Source: Camelus dromedarius
Lineage: Eukaryota
Length of the DNA: 64,000 nucleotides
Assembly: GCF_036321535.1 (NCBI RefSeq)
Contig: NC_087438.1
Coordinates: forward strand, 10,914,001-10,978,000
Reading direction: 5' to 3'
How positions within the stretch are numbered: position 1 is the first letter of the stretch; each line of letters starts with the position of its first letter. Below the pieces are notes generated by a model. The model saw only the letters and a list, made by a program, of their open reading frames with translations, was not told the origin of the DNA and ran no database searches. Of the stretch, positions 36,281 to 47,875 are shown piece after piece. The position numbers and the translations under genes are program-made.

Positions 36281-37349
36281 AACTTAGGATTCTTAGTCAG
36301 GGAGTCATGAACCAAAGGTAAAAAGGCACAAACACTCATGCCATTCACTTGGTAGATGCGAGGACCCTATAAAGGAAGTGTAAGAAGGAGGGGCACCAGA
36401 ACCTTTCACCCCAAGTATCCCATTTGCTCATTTCTTAGTGTTAAGGGGTTGGGGACTCCCCTTCCTTAAAACTTTGGTGGTTGATTCCTTCGGGCGTTCT
36501 AACCTCAGAAATAAAAACAACACGCTTGTCTCTGGTTTAACTAGTCCTTTAAGATGAAGAAAATAGACAGACGTCACTGGAGGGGTTTTTAAAACAGGGA
36601 GAGAAGACATCCCAGATACAGACAGAAATCATGTGATGCAGATCATATAATTTCTCCCGAGCTGGATTTAATTAGAAATTGCTGGAACGATTTGGCATGC
36701 AAACAGCTGCTGTCAGATGGACCCAGCAATTCCCAGCCTTGGAACAGCTGTCTGTAGTTTTGCTTTCTCTTTCCAACTAGACCTATGCAGAAAACCTGTT
36801 ATGTTCTGGCAGGGGTTTGGAGCTATTCTCATGAGCTAATCAGATCAGCTTAGATAGTACATGAAAAAGATTTGCATAATTTATATCTAAACAATTCTTT
36901 ATCTTTTGTTGTTGTTGTTGTTGAAGCTTTCTCAGAGTATTTTCAGTGTGAGCTTATGAAATTGTTTTAGAGGGAAAATATTTTGAAACCCCGTGGAAGC
37001 TCTAGCAGGGTGGCAGGGGATTCTGGTACACTCTGAGCAGGTACTGTTTGTGTCCTTAAACTTATACGTGAGCTGGAGGCACTCTTCAGCTCAGACATTT
37101 GAATGTACTACCAGTTATAAGCAAGTGGAGGGCCAAAGGGTCTTTGAATTTTATTTTGAAAAATTAGGGGCCTTGAGAGATGCTGCTTCTTCCCCTGGCC
37201 AGCCACCATGCAAATAGGTTCTGGTGGTCAGAAGAAAATGGTGAATATTCATGTGTGGTCCAGCCCTCTACCCGGGGAAACATTCATTCCAAACGCATGC
37301 TTCCCTGGTGACCAATAGTCTTATATAGTCATACACAAGGGAGTGCAAG

Positions 37350-37350
<1 letters not shown>

Positions 37351-37388
<38 letters not shown>

Positions 37389-37402
37389 AGAGAGAGAGAG
37401 AG
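37351..37402. repeat. Compound (TG)17 TA TG (AG)7 microsatellite
   Basis: Read directly from the sequence. Confidence 0.97.
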
Positions 37403-37949
37403 AAAGCTGTTCTAAAGAGTTCTTGGGGATTTGAATCTGCTTTGGGAGTCATTCTGATACAACTCTCCTCCCCACACCCTACCCCCACCCCTACTCAAAG
37501 CATCTCTAATACTAGACAAAAGTGTTCAAAATCAACCATTTTTCAGCACTCTAGGATCTGATCAAAAGCATGCAGCAACATGAGAAGGGTTTATTCATGG
37601 AGACTACTGACTCTTGGTTGAGAACTGCGTGAGTCTGTGGCCTCATCCCCAGGGGCTGTTGCTAATCCCCAGCTCTGTCCATGGTAGTTCATCCAGGGCA
37701 GGCAGGGCAGCTGTAAAGCCCATCAACCTAACTGTCCCTTCAGAAAGGAGTTTACTTGACTTAGAGCATCATCAGTTACAAGGACAACTTGGTGGCAAGT
37801 CACCAGGAAGAGCCAGCAGCAAGAATATTTGGGGCAAGCAATATTGGGGCAGACCAGTCAGGGATTTAGCAGGAATTTTCAGGATGTGAGGCAGCCTTGG
37901 GAGTTTACTAAGCTTTGCTGTATCCCTGGTGGACTGGGGGCTGTGTGCA

Positions 37950-38185
37950 TGCACAGCAGAGATGCAAGCAGCCACCCATCCTGGCAGGTGAAGGCTGGAT
38001 ACAGACGCAGAGGAGGTGGGAGAGTCAGTCATGGACCACCTCACCGAATGGTCTTGTATACACTAAGAATTAAGACTAAATACAGCAGGTTGTTTGCAGA
38101 TTTGATAGTAAAATAAATGATTGTTGTTATTTTAAGCTTCTAAATCTAGGGGTGATATTTGCTGCAACAATAGGTAACTGGAATA
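37950..38185 (+). mobile_element. MLT1 (F/G/H-like) LTR 3' part
   Basis: aaataaatgattgttgttattttaagc...ctaggggtgatatttgctgcaacaataggtaactggaata is a typical MLT1 3' terminus. Confidence 0.7.
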
Positions 38186-38477
38186 GGATGACTCCAAGTT
38201 TCTAAATTTGAGTAACTAGCTCTCTTACTCACTTACATAACTGATGTTTTCTGGCAACTTTGCATCATGGTGGGAAGGACGATTGTGGGCATCTGATGGA
38301 ATATGTTTGGGATGTATAATCTTTTTTGCAAAGAAATGCGCTGTAGGGTGTAAGGACAGAAGTCCCCTTGCTCGGATGTGTGAAACCTGAGTTCAGGGGC
38401 TTGGCATTTCATCCTTGAGGACTCTGAAGTGTTAATGCTGAGACAGACACAGAGGCCATTCATTTAAGCCATTGCAA

Positions 38478-38660
38478 CAGTGCTTCCTCTGATGCACATT
38501 TGACTCACTGGGGGATTTCAAAAAGTATTAATGACTATGTGCTGCTTCCATATCCCGAATACTCTGATGACATTGATTTTGGATGACACTTGGATATTAC
38601 CATTTTTTAAAAAGTTTCCCAGGTGGTTATAAAGTGCATTGCATGCGTGCAAACCTCTAG
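38478..38660. mobile_element. MER5-family (hAT-Charlie) MITE
   Basis: cagtgcttc...tcactgggggatttc...ttttaaaaagtttcccaggtggttataa. Confidence 0.7.
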
Positions 38661-38849
38661 GTTAGACGGACAGCAGCACCCAAAATTCAACTCTTAAAGA
38701 GAGGATTCTAAAATGGAAAAAAAGAGGAAATGAGGATTAACCAATGAAGGTAAAATAAAAGTGGTTTGGACACTTGGAAGAGTTAGGGAATCCACCCCAC
38801 AGGCAAGACAGCAGGGCCTAGCATGCATTTGCATAGTTCAAGTTGGCTC

Positions 38850-39234
38850 TTTCAAAGAGACTTCTGGTGGTCATTGGGATAACTCCCCATAATCCAGTTA
38901 TCTTCCCCTGGACTCTTAAAGATTGAATTTCTGGCCTGTCATACTTAAGCAGGGTCATGAGACCCACATTGGCCATGGAGATGTGGATTGGAGTATGTAC
39001 TAGCAGATTCAAGGTTCTCCAAATATTTTTTCTCTCTGGCACAGAAGGAAGCAAGGTTTGAAATGTGGCTTTTCCGTCACCATGGATCACTGAGAAATTA
39101 TGCGAAACAGAACACTACTGCCAATCCTTGATGGAAATATTGGATGAGGGAGAAATAAATCTATTTTTGCTTTGGGCCACTAAGATTTTGAATTGTTTGT
39201 TACTGCAGCATAACCCATCATTTCCTGACTAACA
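38850..39234 (+). mobile_element. MLT1J-like MaLR LTR
   Basis: ggtcatgagacccacattggccatggagatgt...gagaaataaatct...gccactaagattttg...ttgttactgcagcataacc...tcctgactaaca. Confidence 0.75.
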
Positions 39235-40345
39235 CGAAGTCTGAGCAAGATGAGCATCCATCTCTCTGCAAAGGGTTAGAACATCTACACTTCTGAAGCC
39301 AAATTTTGTCCAGGAATCCTTTAGGAGAAACAAGAGGACAGAGAATAGAATTTTCAGCTCATGCTTTATGGATTAAAGCAATATGCTTTGACTTCAAGTC
39401 AGAGAACTAAATATTTTATTTAGAAACCAGTATTTGGAAAGCAGGCAGCTCTCCCTTAAGGGTGAATTGGATATGATGCCAAGTTCACACTCATGGAATT
39501 AATTGACTGCTCTAGTTTCAACATAAGGTATCAAAGCTTCCATATTATTGACCCATGTAAAACAAACCTTACTGCATGGGCTGCGGTTTTCAAGAAAGCT
39601 TCTATTAAATGAACTACTCAATATAAGTTTACTGGGGTGGGGTGGCGGGGGGATGGAAAAACACACATGTACTTAGAATAGCCCTTTTTATGCTTCTTTC
39701 TTCTAATTTTATACCCAAAGGCTTTTAAAGAACTTTTTGGTATTCAGAAGTCAACATTAGTGTGGCAGAATTTACTTTTAATCACAGACTTCTTCTCCAA
39801 GCTGGAGTGCAGGAGAAACTAGTTCTTTTAAAAATAGTCTACACTCAGAAATCCCATGATGTGTGCATTTTGATCAATTTACTGAACTTTTGATGGTCCT
39901 CTTTGCCACGTAAGTCCTTAAGGTCACCTTCAGCCACAGCCTGCTTCCTGTAAGCCTTTTATTTCTTATTAACTTTATAGATTTTTCTTATGTCCATTTC
40001 CTGTGCAGCTCTTTCCTGGGGTCCGCTCCTTTCAGAACTGTCTTTGGAGAAGACTCACATTCCTGAGAGCAGAATATTTGTGGTATTAACCTCTGCATTT
40101 CTCACCTAGAATTTCCTTTTCCCCTCTTTACATTAAAAAAAAAAAAACAAAAAACGATTAGGCCTATAGACAAGGCTGAGTGCAAGAAAGACCCATGATC
40201 TCTGACATTTAATGGTTGGGGCATGGTATTCAGACAAAATATTTGACCAGGAGCAGGAGGAAAGTGGAGCTTCCTTCTAAATTTGCAAAACTACAAAAGA
40301 TGCCCCTGGTCGGAGGAAGGAAGAAAGGAGTGTTTTAAAATCTGG

Positions 40346-40812
40346 TGTATTAATAGAAGATTTGAGCTATAATAAAGCAAATGGTTTAGGAGACAATGGC
40401 CATTGAGAAGACACACCATACCATGGGGGAAGGTCACACCATACCATGGGGGACCACATAGGGTCAGTCAGGATGCAGAGGGAGTGTGGAGAAGTGGGGT
40501 AAAAACATTTATTGTGGTTTCCTGGAGAAAGCGGGTAAGGTAGGGGAAACAGGATTAGGACTGGCTAGTTTAAATCATATTCTGGACTCTGGGCCATAGG
40601 AGCTGTCCCTGGTTGACTGGTACCTGGCCCTGGGGTGGTTAGGGCAGCTGTATTCCCCAGAGGGGAAGGTCAGCATCTCCACATCAGGACATGGACATAT
40701 TTGAAAAGACGCCATCCCCAAGCATGGCAGAGAGGTGGTGGAAAGTCCCAGCCCCTAGATCTGCTTACCTACAAAGGCCAAATGATGGGCATTTCTGAGG
40801 ACACTTATATAA
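40346..40812 (-). mobile_element. MER74-like ERVL solo LTR
   Basis: tgtattaatag...tttattgtggtttcc...ggctagttt...gctgtccctggttgactggtacctggccctggggtggttagggcag. Confidence 0.8.
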
Positions 40813-40906
40813 TTTAGTGATCAAGCCCCTGTCCCATTCTCCTACACCAAAGCATGTAAGGCCTCTAGGAACTTTGAGATGACCTGGGGTTTGGGGAGTG
40901 ACTTAC

Positions 40907-41009
40907 TGGGGTGGCTACATATGGCTGCCAGGACACATTTGAGAGTTCTTATAGGATAACCAGCATAAGCCAGGATCATCCCAGGCAAACCAGAATTTAC
41001 AGTTACCCA
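40907..41009 (+). mobile_element. MER81-like (hAT-Blackjack) MITE
   Basis: TIR-like ends ggggtggcta / agttaccc. Internal ccaggacacatttgagag...cccaggcaaaccag. Confidence 0.7.
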
Positions 41010-42494
41010 GCATTAACCCTAAGGAAATTGGATTCGTTTCCTGCCATTCCGCTGAAGGGAGGTTCAAAATGAAACTACGCTGAGCTATGGAAAATAAAGT
41101 CTCTGAACTGGGACTCGACCTGCTATATACATTGCGTCTCTTGTAAGGGTTTTATAGCTGATCCCCAAGAAGAAATATTTGTTGGGGTGGACGGGAAAAG
41201 CTGTCCAGGAAATTTGAAACTGTATCAATTGTTGCATGTAGTTCTCCCAGCCAGGTCTGCGCTTCTCCTCTGTAGCCAGTGTCTGTTCATCCGTCATGCC
41301 TGAGTGTGGAGAGTCATCCAACTCCTTTATCATCCAGTCCCTGCAGTTCCCTGGGGAATATGTGTTTCTAGCTTTACCTGAAGCTAGAATTAGGCAGAAC
41401 AGAGCCACTCGGGAGTCCCCAGGCCCTCCCAGATAGGACAGGCAGCATCACTGTGTGAAGACGACTTCTGTTCTCCCTGTCCGTCAATGCTGCTTAGCAG
41501 CAGATTCATGCTCCAGGGCTCTCTAAATCCTTTTCCTTGAGGAGAGACATTTCAGCACCAGGTGCAAATAATGAGTTTATCACCAGGCAGATGATAACAT
41601 AATATATTTTGTTTGCATGTGTGTATTTTGAAGACTTTTAAGGCGTCCAGTCTGTAAGAGCAAACAGATGGCAAATTAAACGTGGACACCGGTGTCTCCT
41701 CATCATCAGACGTGGTAATCACATTTTCCTCAGCAGATAATCTCACTTGTCACTCCCAGGACACCTCTTTGGGTAGGAAACAAATACTTCTAATTAGTAG
41801 TTGCTTGATGTAAGAAAGCATATTTTCATGGGTTTTTTTTTTAATGCTTTAAGTTTATCTAAAAGAGACACCTACATTTTGTACTTAAAAAAATCTAAGA
41901 TATGATACAAAAGAAATTAATTGGTTGACAAGCTAAGGGATTATTTTTGAGCCTAGCTTTTATTCTCATTTCTTCCTAAAGCAGTGAGTAATGAGATCTC
42001 CAATAATGTTTTTGTAGATCTTTTTTCTAAATCCTCGTTTTTACCAGCAAAATATCCTCTATCTTCTATTGTTTCTTTTAATAAAGACGATGTATTGATA
42101 ACATTCTTGGGAGATTGGTGAGTGTCTACTACAGCTGACATTAATAGACTGGATTTTTCAATTATTACTATGCTTTTAGATATATTCCATTTTGCAGTTC
42201 CTCATGGACACAATTTTTGACTAGCACCAAATCTACAGAATTTGCATAATGTAAGCCTGTGTCTTTAAAACTCTTAACAATCTTGAGGATTTTCAATATC
42301 TGTTGCAAAGATCCTAAGAAGGGAATAATGTCAAAAATTTTGTATATATTTGTTGAATGGTGAGATTTATGGAAAGGTTGGGTGTATTTTTTTAAGATAT
42401 CAATGGGATGTACAAAATCTGAATATTCACTATGATGTCTCATGAAGTACTAAGACCATAAACCAAGTATAACATTATTTTCTGAGTCTGACAA

Positions 42495-42780
42495 CGTAAT
42501 TGGTACCAGGAGTAGTATCAGGAAACAGACCCTCAAAATGTGTTTCTGGGATTGGGTAACAATTAATATTGAATGAGGGCTTGAATAACCCTGTTGCAGA
42601 GTCAAGGGGAGGGGGACCAGCACCCTGGTAACCTACGGCGTGCAACAGCATCATGGTGATTCACATCCCCAGTGGTAACACGGGATGAAGTGCATGTGTA
42701 GGGCAGGACACTGGGAGAGCCAGTGTCTGTAACATTTGGTCACTAGGGCAACCCTAGGAATTACAAAGGTTGTAGCCTCA
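42495..42780 (+). mobile_element. ERVL internal 5' fragment with tRNA-Leu-type PBS
   Basis: TGGTACCAGGAGTAG at 42501, then aaacagaccctcaaaatg...ctgggattggg, similar to the ERVL leader at 60070-60250. Confidence 0.65.
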
Positions 42781-42867
42781 CCTGGTATGATAGGAGGCAT
42801 ATGGTTCCATGCCTCTTCACTAACCTCTCCCTCTGTTTTGTGTCAGTTTCAGCCTATCAATCAGTAG

Positions 42868-43446
42868 TGATGCTATTGGCTAAGAACGCCTGGGGTGCTC
42901 ACCTGGGCCAGTCTACTTGTTGAGAGTCGAACACACATTTCCAGGAAGAGAACCAATGTTGCGTCTAGATTGGCCCTTGTGGTTTTTATTATGATTGCAA
43001 TATGCACCAAAGCAACAACCACCAAAACAACAATTTTGAAAATAAATTATTACTCACAATCCTGGAGGATACATGGCATATCCAAAGGTCACACAGTGAA
43101 GTTGCAGGTAGAGAGAAAGAGAGTGCAGACTGGGGGCTCTGCTATGGGTGGGGAGCCCATGGTTACACAGGTTCACTATTGGCAAATTTAAAACATAAGA
43201 GCAGCAATTAAGGTATGAGAAGGGAGAGAGGGGGGTCACTCAAGTAGTCAGTTATCTAGATTACCCAAGGCTTTCTAAAAGGGGAACATTATGGGGCAAC
43301 TTGTTTCTTATTGAATTGTTTTACTAGTAGCTCTGTCATATAATGGGCAATATGTCTCTGAAATGGATTCTCTGCAATCAAAAGCTTAATTATATTATAT
43401 ACTTGTATTATAATCAAAAAGTTTAACGTCAGGCACTTATACTATA
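42868..43446 (-). mobile_element. MER76-like ERVL solo LTR
   Basis: tgtggtttttattatg...gcaccaaagcaaca...ttattactcaca...atttaaaacataagag...gcaatcaaaagcttaa...gtcaggcactt. Confidence 0.8.
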
Positions 43447-43449
43447 CTC

Positions 43450-43925
43450 TCCCACTGGGATAGACTGTATTTCCTATCCCCATGACTTTAGGCTTGGCCA
43501 TGTGTCTTGCTTTGGCTAATGGAATGCAAGCAAATGAATGTGATGTTAATAGAGGTATTAAATCAGTAGTTCATGATAATACATAAATAATATAATGATA
43601 AATGTTATATTTTATTGTATATTTTTATAAATAAGTATATATTATTAAATAAATGGATAAATAAACAAACTTACTTCTGTGCCCACAAGATTGCTATTAG
43701 AAGAGATTTTCCTGCTAGTTACTGATCTTCAGCCTGGTTTTCAGAATGAGACAAGTGGGACAGATATGAAACTGACCTGAGGCCAAATCCAGGTGAACAT
43801 CAGCTCAAAGCAAAGCTGCTTCAGTCAATCCTCAGGCCTTGAACCAAGAAAAGTAAACCCTGTGTAGCAAGCCATTAAGATTGGGTGTAGGTTGTTACAC
43901 AGCATTAGACAACTGACTATAACAA
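43450..43925 (+). mobile_element. MLT1H-like MaLR LTR with AT-rich insert (about 43570-43670)
   Basis: ggcttggccatgtgtcttgctttggctaatggaatg...aagccattaagattggg...ttgttacacagcatt...ctgactataaca. Confidence 0.75.
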
Positions 43926-44306
43926 CTGGCTTATACTACATATGAACAAATGTTCACTTAAGAACATGCATGGACAGCCAGCAGGCTCCAATGCCAGCTT
44001 TTAAGTTGTCCCTTATCTCCTACAGACACAGGGCAGGTATGATGAAGATCAAGCTGTGGGCCTGATTGTAAGGGTTTCAGAGATGTAGGACCAATTAAAT
44101 GTCTCAAATAGCTTCTTACTCTAAAGTTGAAACTCACATGAAGATGGACTCCGAGAGGTAGAAATGATGATGCGTGCTGCCTGCCAGAAACTTCTTGCTG
44201 AGACCATCACAGCCTGCGCGTCCTGTTCTGTCTCTCTTCTGTGTTCCAGAAACTGCCTCATTCATTAAACTTTCCCTACAGAACAATACGTTCTTTTCAT
44301 CACATC

Positions 44307-44309
<3 letters not shown>

Positions 44310-44338
<29 letters not shown>
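44310..44338. repeat. (CT)n microsatellite
   Basis: Perfect CT run of about 14 units. Confidence 0.95.
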
Positions 44339-44672
44339 TTGGCCAGGATTTTGGCTACACGAGACTGATAGGAGGTACTGGACCACAAGTATCTGCAGTC
44401 AGTGAAATTCTCATTGCAAATCCGAAGCTGTTAAAGGTCCTGATTGTGAGCTCCTTAAGCAGAGGGGCTGCGCCTCAGTCCATCTCAGTTCCTGTGTCAG
44501 TACCCGCAACTCACAGAAGCTCAGTCAGGGTTGAAGCTTTGTTCCCAAAGGGAAGAGCAGTTTGACACCTGCTGTCTTTTTCAAATACAGAGTTAAGAAA
44601 AGAGATAAAGCATTTGTGTGGCATCAAAGTTTAAGATAAGTCCCTGCAAGGGTTAAATATTTGCTATGAAAA

Positions 44673-44676
44673 TAAA

Positions 44677-44736
<60 letters not shown>

Positions 44737-44766
44737 AGTAAGTAAGTAAGTAAGTAAATAAATAAA
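44673..44766 (+). repeat. (TAAA)n/(TAAG)n microsatellite flanked by a 19-bp direct repeat
   Basis: taaatatttgctatgaaaa at 44654-44672 and 44767-44785. Confidence 0.95.
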
Positions 44767-44786
44767 TAAATATTTGCTATGAAAAA

Positions 44787-45054
44787 GGTTACCAGTGGGG
44801 AGGGGGGTGGGAAGGGACAGACTGGGAGTTCAAGATTTGTAGATACTGACAGGTATATACAGAATAGATAAACAAGTTTATCCTGCATAGCACAGGGAAA
44901 TATATATAAGATCTTGTAGTAGCTCACTGTGAAAAAGAATATGAAAATGAATATATGTATATTCATGTATGACTGAAAAATTGTGCTGTACACCAGAAAT
45001 TGACACAACACTTTGTAAATTGGCTATAACTCAATAACTCAATAAATAAATAAA
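44787..45054 (+). mobile_element. Young lineage-specific L1 3' end
   Basis: ggttaccagtggggagggggg...gactgaaaaattgtgctgtacaccagaaattgacacaac...(TAAA)n tail. Confidence 0.92.
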
Positions 45055-45269
45055 TAAATAATTCTATGAAAAACTCCAGACTTGACTGAGACCCTGCACT
45101 ACTGGGTGCCTCCACTCCCCACCTCACCTGAAGCCCTGATGTAGATGCTGGTGCTCTCCTGGGCTGCTGGTGCCTCAGGGTTTGGAGGACAGCTCTGCTC
45201 TCTCACTTCCCATCACCACTTCCAAACCATTATATTTCCACTCTCCTTCCAACTTGCTGACTATTCAAT

Positions 45270-45730
45270 CTGTCCAGAGGAGTAGGAGACAGCCTGGAAA
45301 GCTAGGTGGAGTCAGACCATGAATGGCATTGTGAGCCATCCTGTGGAAGGAGGAATTTACTCCGCAGGGAGCTATTGAAAAATCTTGGATGGATGACAGT
45401 TAGACTTATTGTGGTCATATCATTTCACAACACATATGAATATCGAATCATGTTGTACACCTGAAACTAATACAATGTTCTATGTCAGTTGTGCCTTAAA
45501 AAAATCTTATCAGAAGGTCTAAGAAAAGGAAAATTGTGACCAGTAGTATGACATGGTCAGATCTGCACTTTGGAAAGATAAATCTGGCAGTGTGTGAGGG
45601 TGGAGTTGGAGGGGGTTAACACAGCGTGGAGAGCAGTTAGAATGGTATTAAAACCATCAAGTGCAGCCTCTAATGTAGTCCTGAAGGTGGAGAAGGATGA
45701 TGGATTCAAAAGACATTTAGGTGATTCAAC
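45270..45730 (-). mobile_element. L2 fragment interrupted by an L1 tail
   Basis: gctaggtggagtcagaccatgaatggc...gacatggtcagatctgcactttggaaagat...gatggattcaaaagacatttag. Confidence 0.7.
45387..45499 (+). mobile_element. L1MA9/10-like 3' tail
   Basis: agacttattgtggt...aatatcgaatcatgttgtacacctgaaactaatacaatg. TSD aaaaatctt at 45378-45386 and 45500-45508. Confidence 0.85.
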
Positions 45731-46839
45731 ACCTACTGTTCATTTTGTTGCGCCTTAAAGGCTCTTTCCATGTTCGCTGACACCCCAGCCTCCCATCCGT
45801 GGCACTCACGAGGGCCGAGGTTGGGGGAGGCGTCTGAGTGGAAGACCACATGGAAACCAGAATTCTCATTTTCCATAACTGCCATCTGCCCAACCACCCA
45901 TTCTCACACACCTTCTGTTTGACATCCTCTTCCGTCATGGTGCGTTCTCTAATAACTTACGTGAGCAAAAGTCGCTGTTTACCCAACTTTCTGCTATTCA
46001 GCCCTCTTCTTTATGAACTGTCCGTTGGCACTCAGGAAAAGGAAAGTGTGTTTGGGGTTAAAGTCACAAAATAGCAAACACAAATAATTCCCCTTTAACT
46101 AATGAATAGTGAGACATGTATAAGAGATTTTCTCAAAAACTGCTTTCTCAATTTAAACATTAAATGCAATATACCGAGAAAATAATGGAAAACTAATAAT
46201 TCACCTCGGTTACATTATCTCACATATGATCAACAGTGTGGAAATTGCTCTGGTTCATAAATAGCCTCCATATGGTGTCAGAGTATTCATCCCATCTCAC
46301 AATCTGCAAATAATTTGCTCCAATGATGCCAACTTTTGAATGTATTAAATGTGAGAAGTTTACCCAAACACATAGAGCTTATGCACTTTTTTGAGGTAAT
46401 GCTCATGGTTTGTTTAATATTGTAGAAACTCATGTACAGACTTATCCAAAATTACATTTTAGGTAAAAAAATAAAAAGAAGGTTGTTTAACAGAACTGAC
46501 TGTGGTCCTAATTCACATTTTATAGCTCCTTGACACCGTTGTAGCAGTAATGAGAGAAGCATGTATTTAAAAGCCAAGGTAAGGGATGACTTTTAGTCAG
46601 AGAGGGTCATCCTAATAGGTCCTACTGAAGATTATGAGTGCCTTGTGGGAAATTAGGAGAAAACCAGGCTTCTATCTGGGTGAATAAAATCTCCATATGG
46701 CTTCAAGAAGTGTGCGCGTATGTGTGTTTTTAAAGTAGCTTGCTCTTTCCCACGATCATAGGAAGAAGATCATGCTCTAAGAATTTCAGTTTACAACAGC
46801 CATGCAGCTGTGATTCTCTTAAAAAAAATCAATAGCTTT

Positions 46840-46917
46840 GTGTGTATGTGTATATATATATATATATGTGTATATATGTATATATATATATGTGTATATA
46901 TTTATATATATGTATAT
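46840..46917. repeat. Imperfect (TA)/(TG) microsatellite
   Basis: Read directly from the sequence. Confidence 0.95.
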
Positions 46918-47240
46918 GAGAAAATACGTCAGGGACGAATACAATTACATGAAACAACTCAAAGAATAACAGAATAATAATAATAACAGAATAACAGAAG
47001 TTTGGTGACTTCTCTACAATTTACTTTCAAGAGTTATGAAAGCCTTCCATGTAAAAAATATCCTTTTCTCTTCCTTGTCATACTCTGTGTGAAGGGGATG
47101 GACCACAGAAAGTCCCCATTCTTCCTCTGTGCTCTCTTCACTGTTTTATTGTCCAGGCACTTATTCCACATCACCTACAAGGACCAGCCGTGACTCTCTA
47201 ATGATGGTATAGAATCCACGAGAGACACACATCCTTGTGG

Positions 47241-47875
47241 CAGAGCTGAGACTTGGATGAGGCAAATGGGGTACTAGCCTTGGGTGCTGCAGAGGATTGA
47301 CTAATGGCTCCAAAAAGATATATTCCATGCCCCAACCCTGGAACCTGCGACTGTGATCTTATTTGCATAAAGGTCTTTGCAAGTATAATTAGGAATCCCG
47401 AGATGAGCTTCCACCCTAACTCCAACAACAGGTGTCCTTGTTAGAGAACAGCTGAGGGCAATTTAACAGAGAGACACAGGGGAAAAGGCCAGAAAGAGAG
47501 GTTGGAGTTATGCAGCCACAAGCCAAGGAATGTCTAGAGCCACCAGAAACTGGAGGAGGCAAGAAGGAGTCTCTCCTAAAGTTTCAGAGGAAGTGTGGCC
47601 CTGGTGACACCGTGATTTCAGACTTCTGGCCCCCAGGACAGTGAGAGACTAGGTTCCACTGTTTTAAGCTGCCCAGTGTGTGGTAATTTTTTACAACAGC
47701 CGCAGGAAGCTAACAGCCACAAAAATGTAAGAGGGTGCCAGAAATCAAAATAATCAATATAAACAATATTTTGTAATCAAAATAAGTAATATTTTGATGT
47801 AATATTTTAAAAAATCAAAATCAATACAGAAGAAGACAACTCATGATGAACAAGTATTAACAATTTAAAGATAAT
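47241..47875 (+). mobile_element. MER96B-like hAT MITE split by MLT1C
   Basis: 5' part cagagctgagacttggatgaggcaaatgggg...gggtgc (47241-47287). 3' part aaaatgtaagagggtgcc...aatattttaaaaaatcaaaat...catgatgaacaa (from 47721). Confidence 0.7.
47288..47715 (+). mobile_element. MLT1C-like MaLR solo LTR
   Basis: ccaaaaagatatattcc...ggtctttgcaag...gccacaagccaaggaatg...gccaccagaa...gatttcagacttctggcc...tgtggtaattt...ctaaca. Confidence 0.9.

Noticed and set aside
40412..40453. Repeat-spacer-repeat as a CRISPR-like array
   Set aside because: Only two copies with a 4-bp spacer, inside a mammalian LTR; no cas genes and a eukaryotic context.
44664..45011. 115-aa ORF with IYLF repeats
   Set aside because: Translation of the antisense L1 tail and the (TTTA)n microsatellite.
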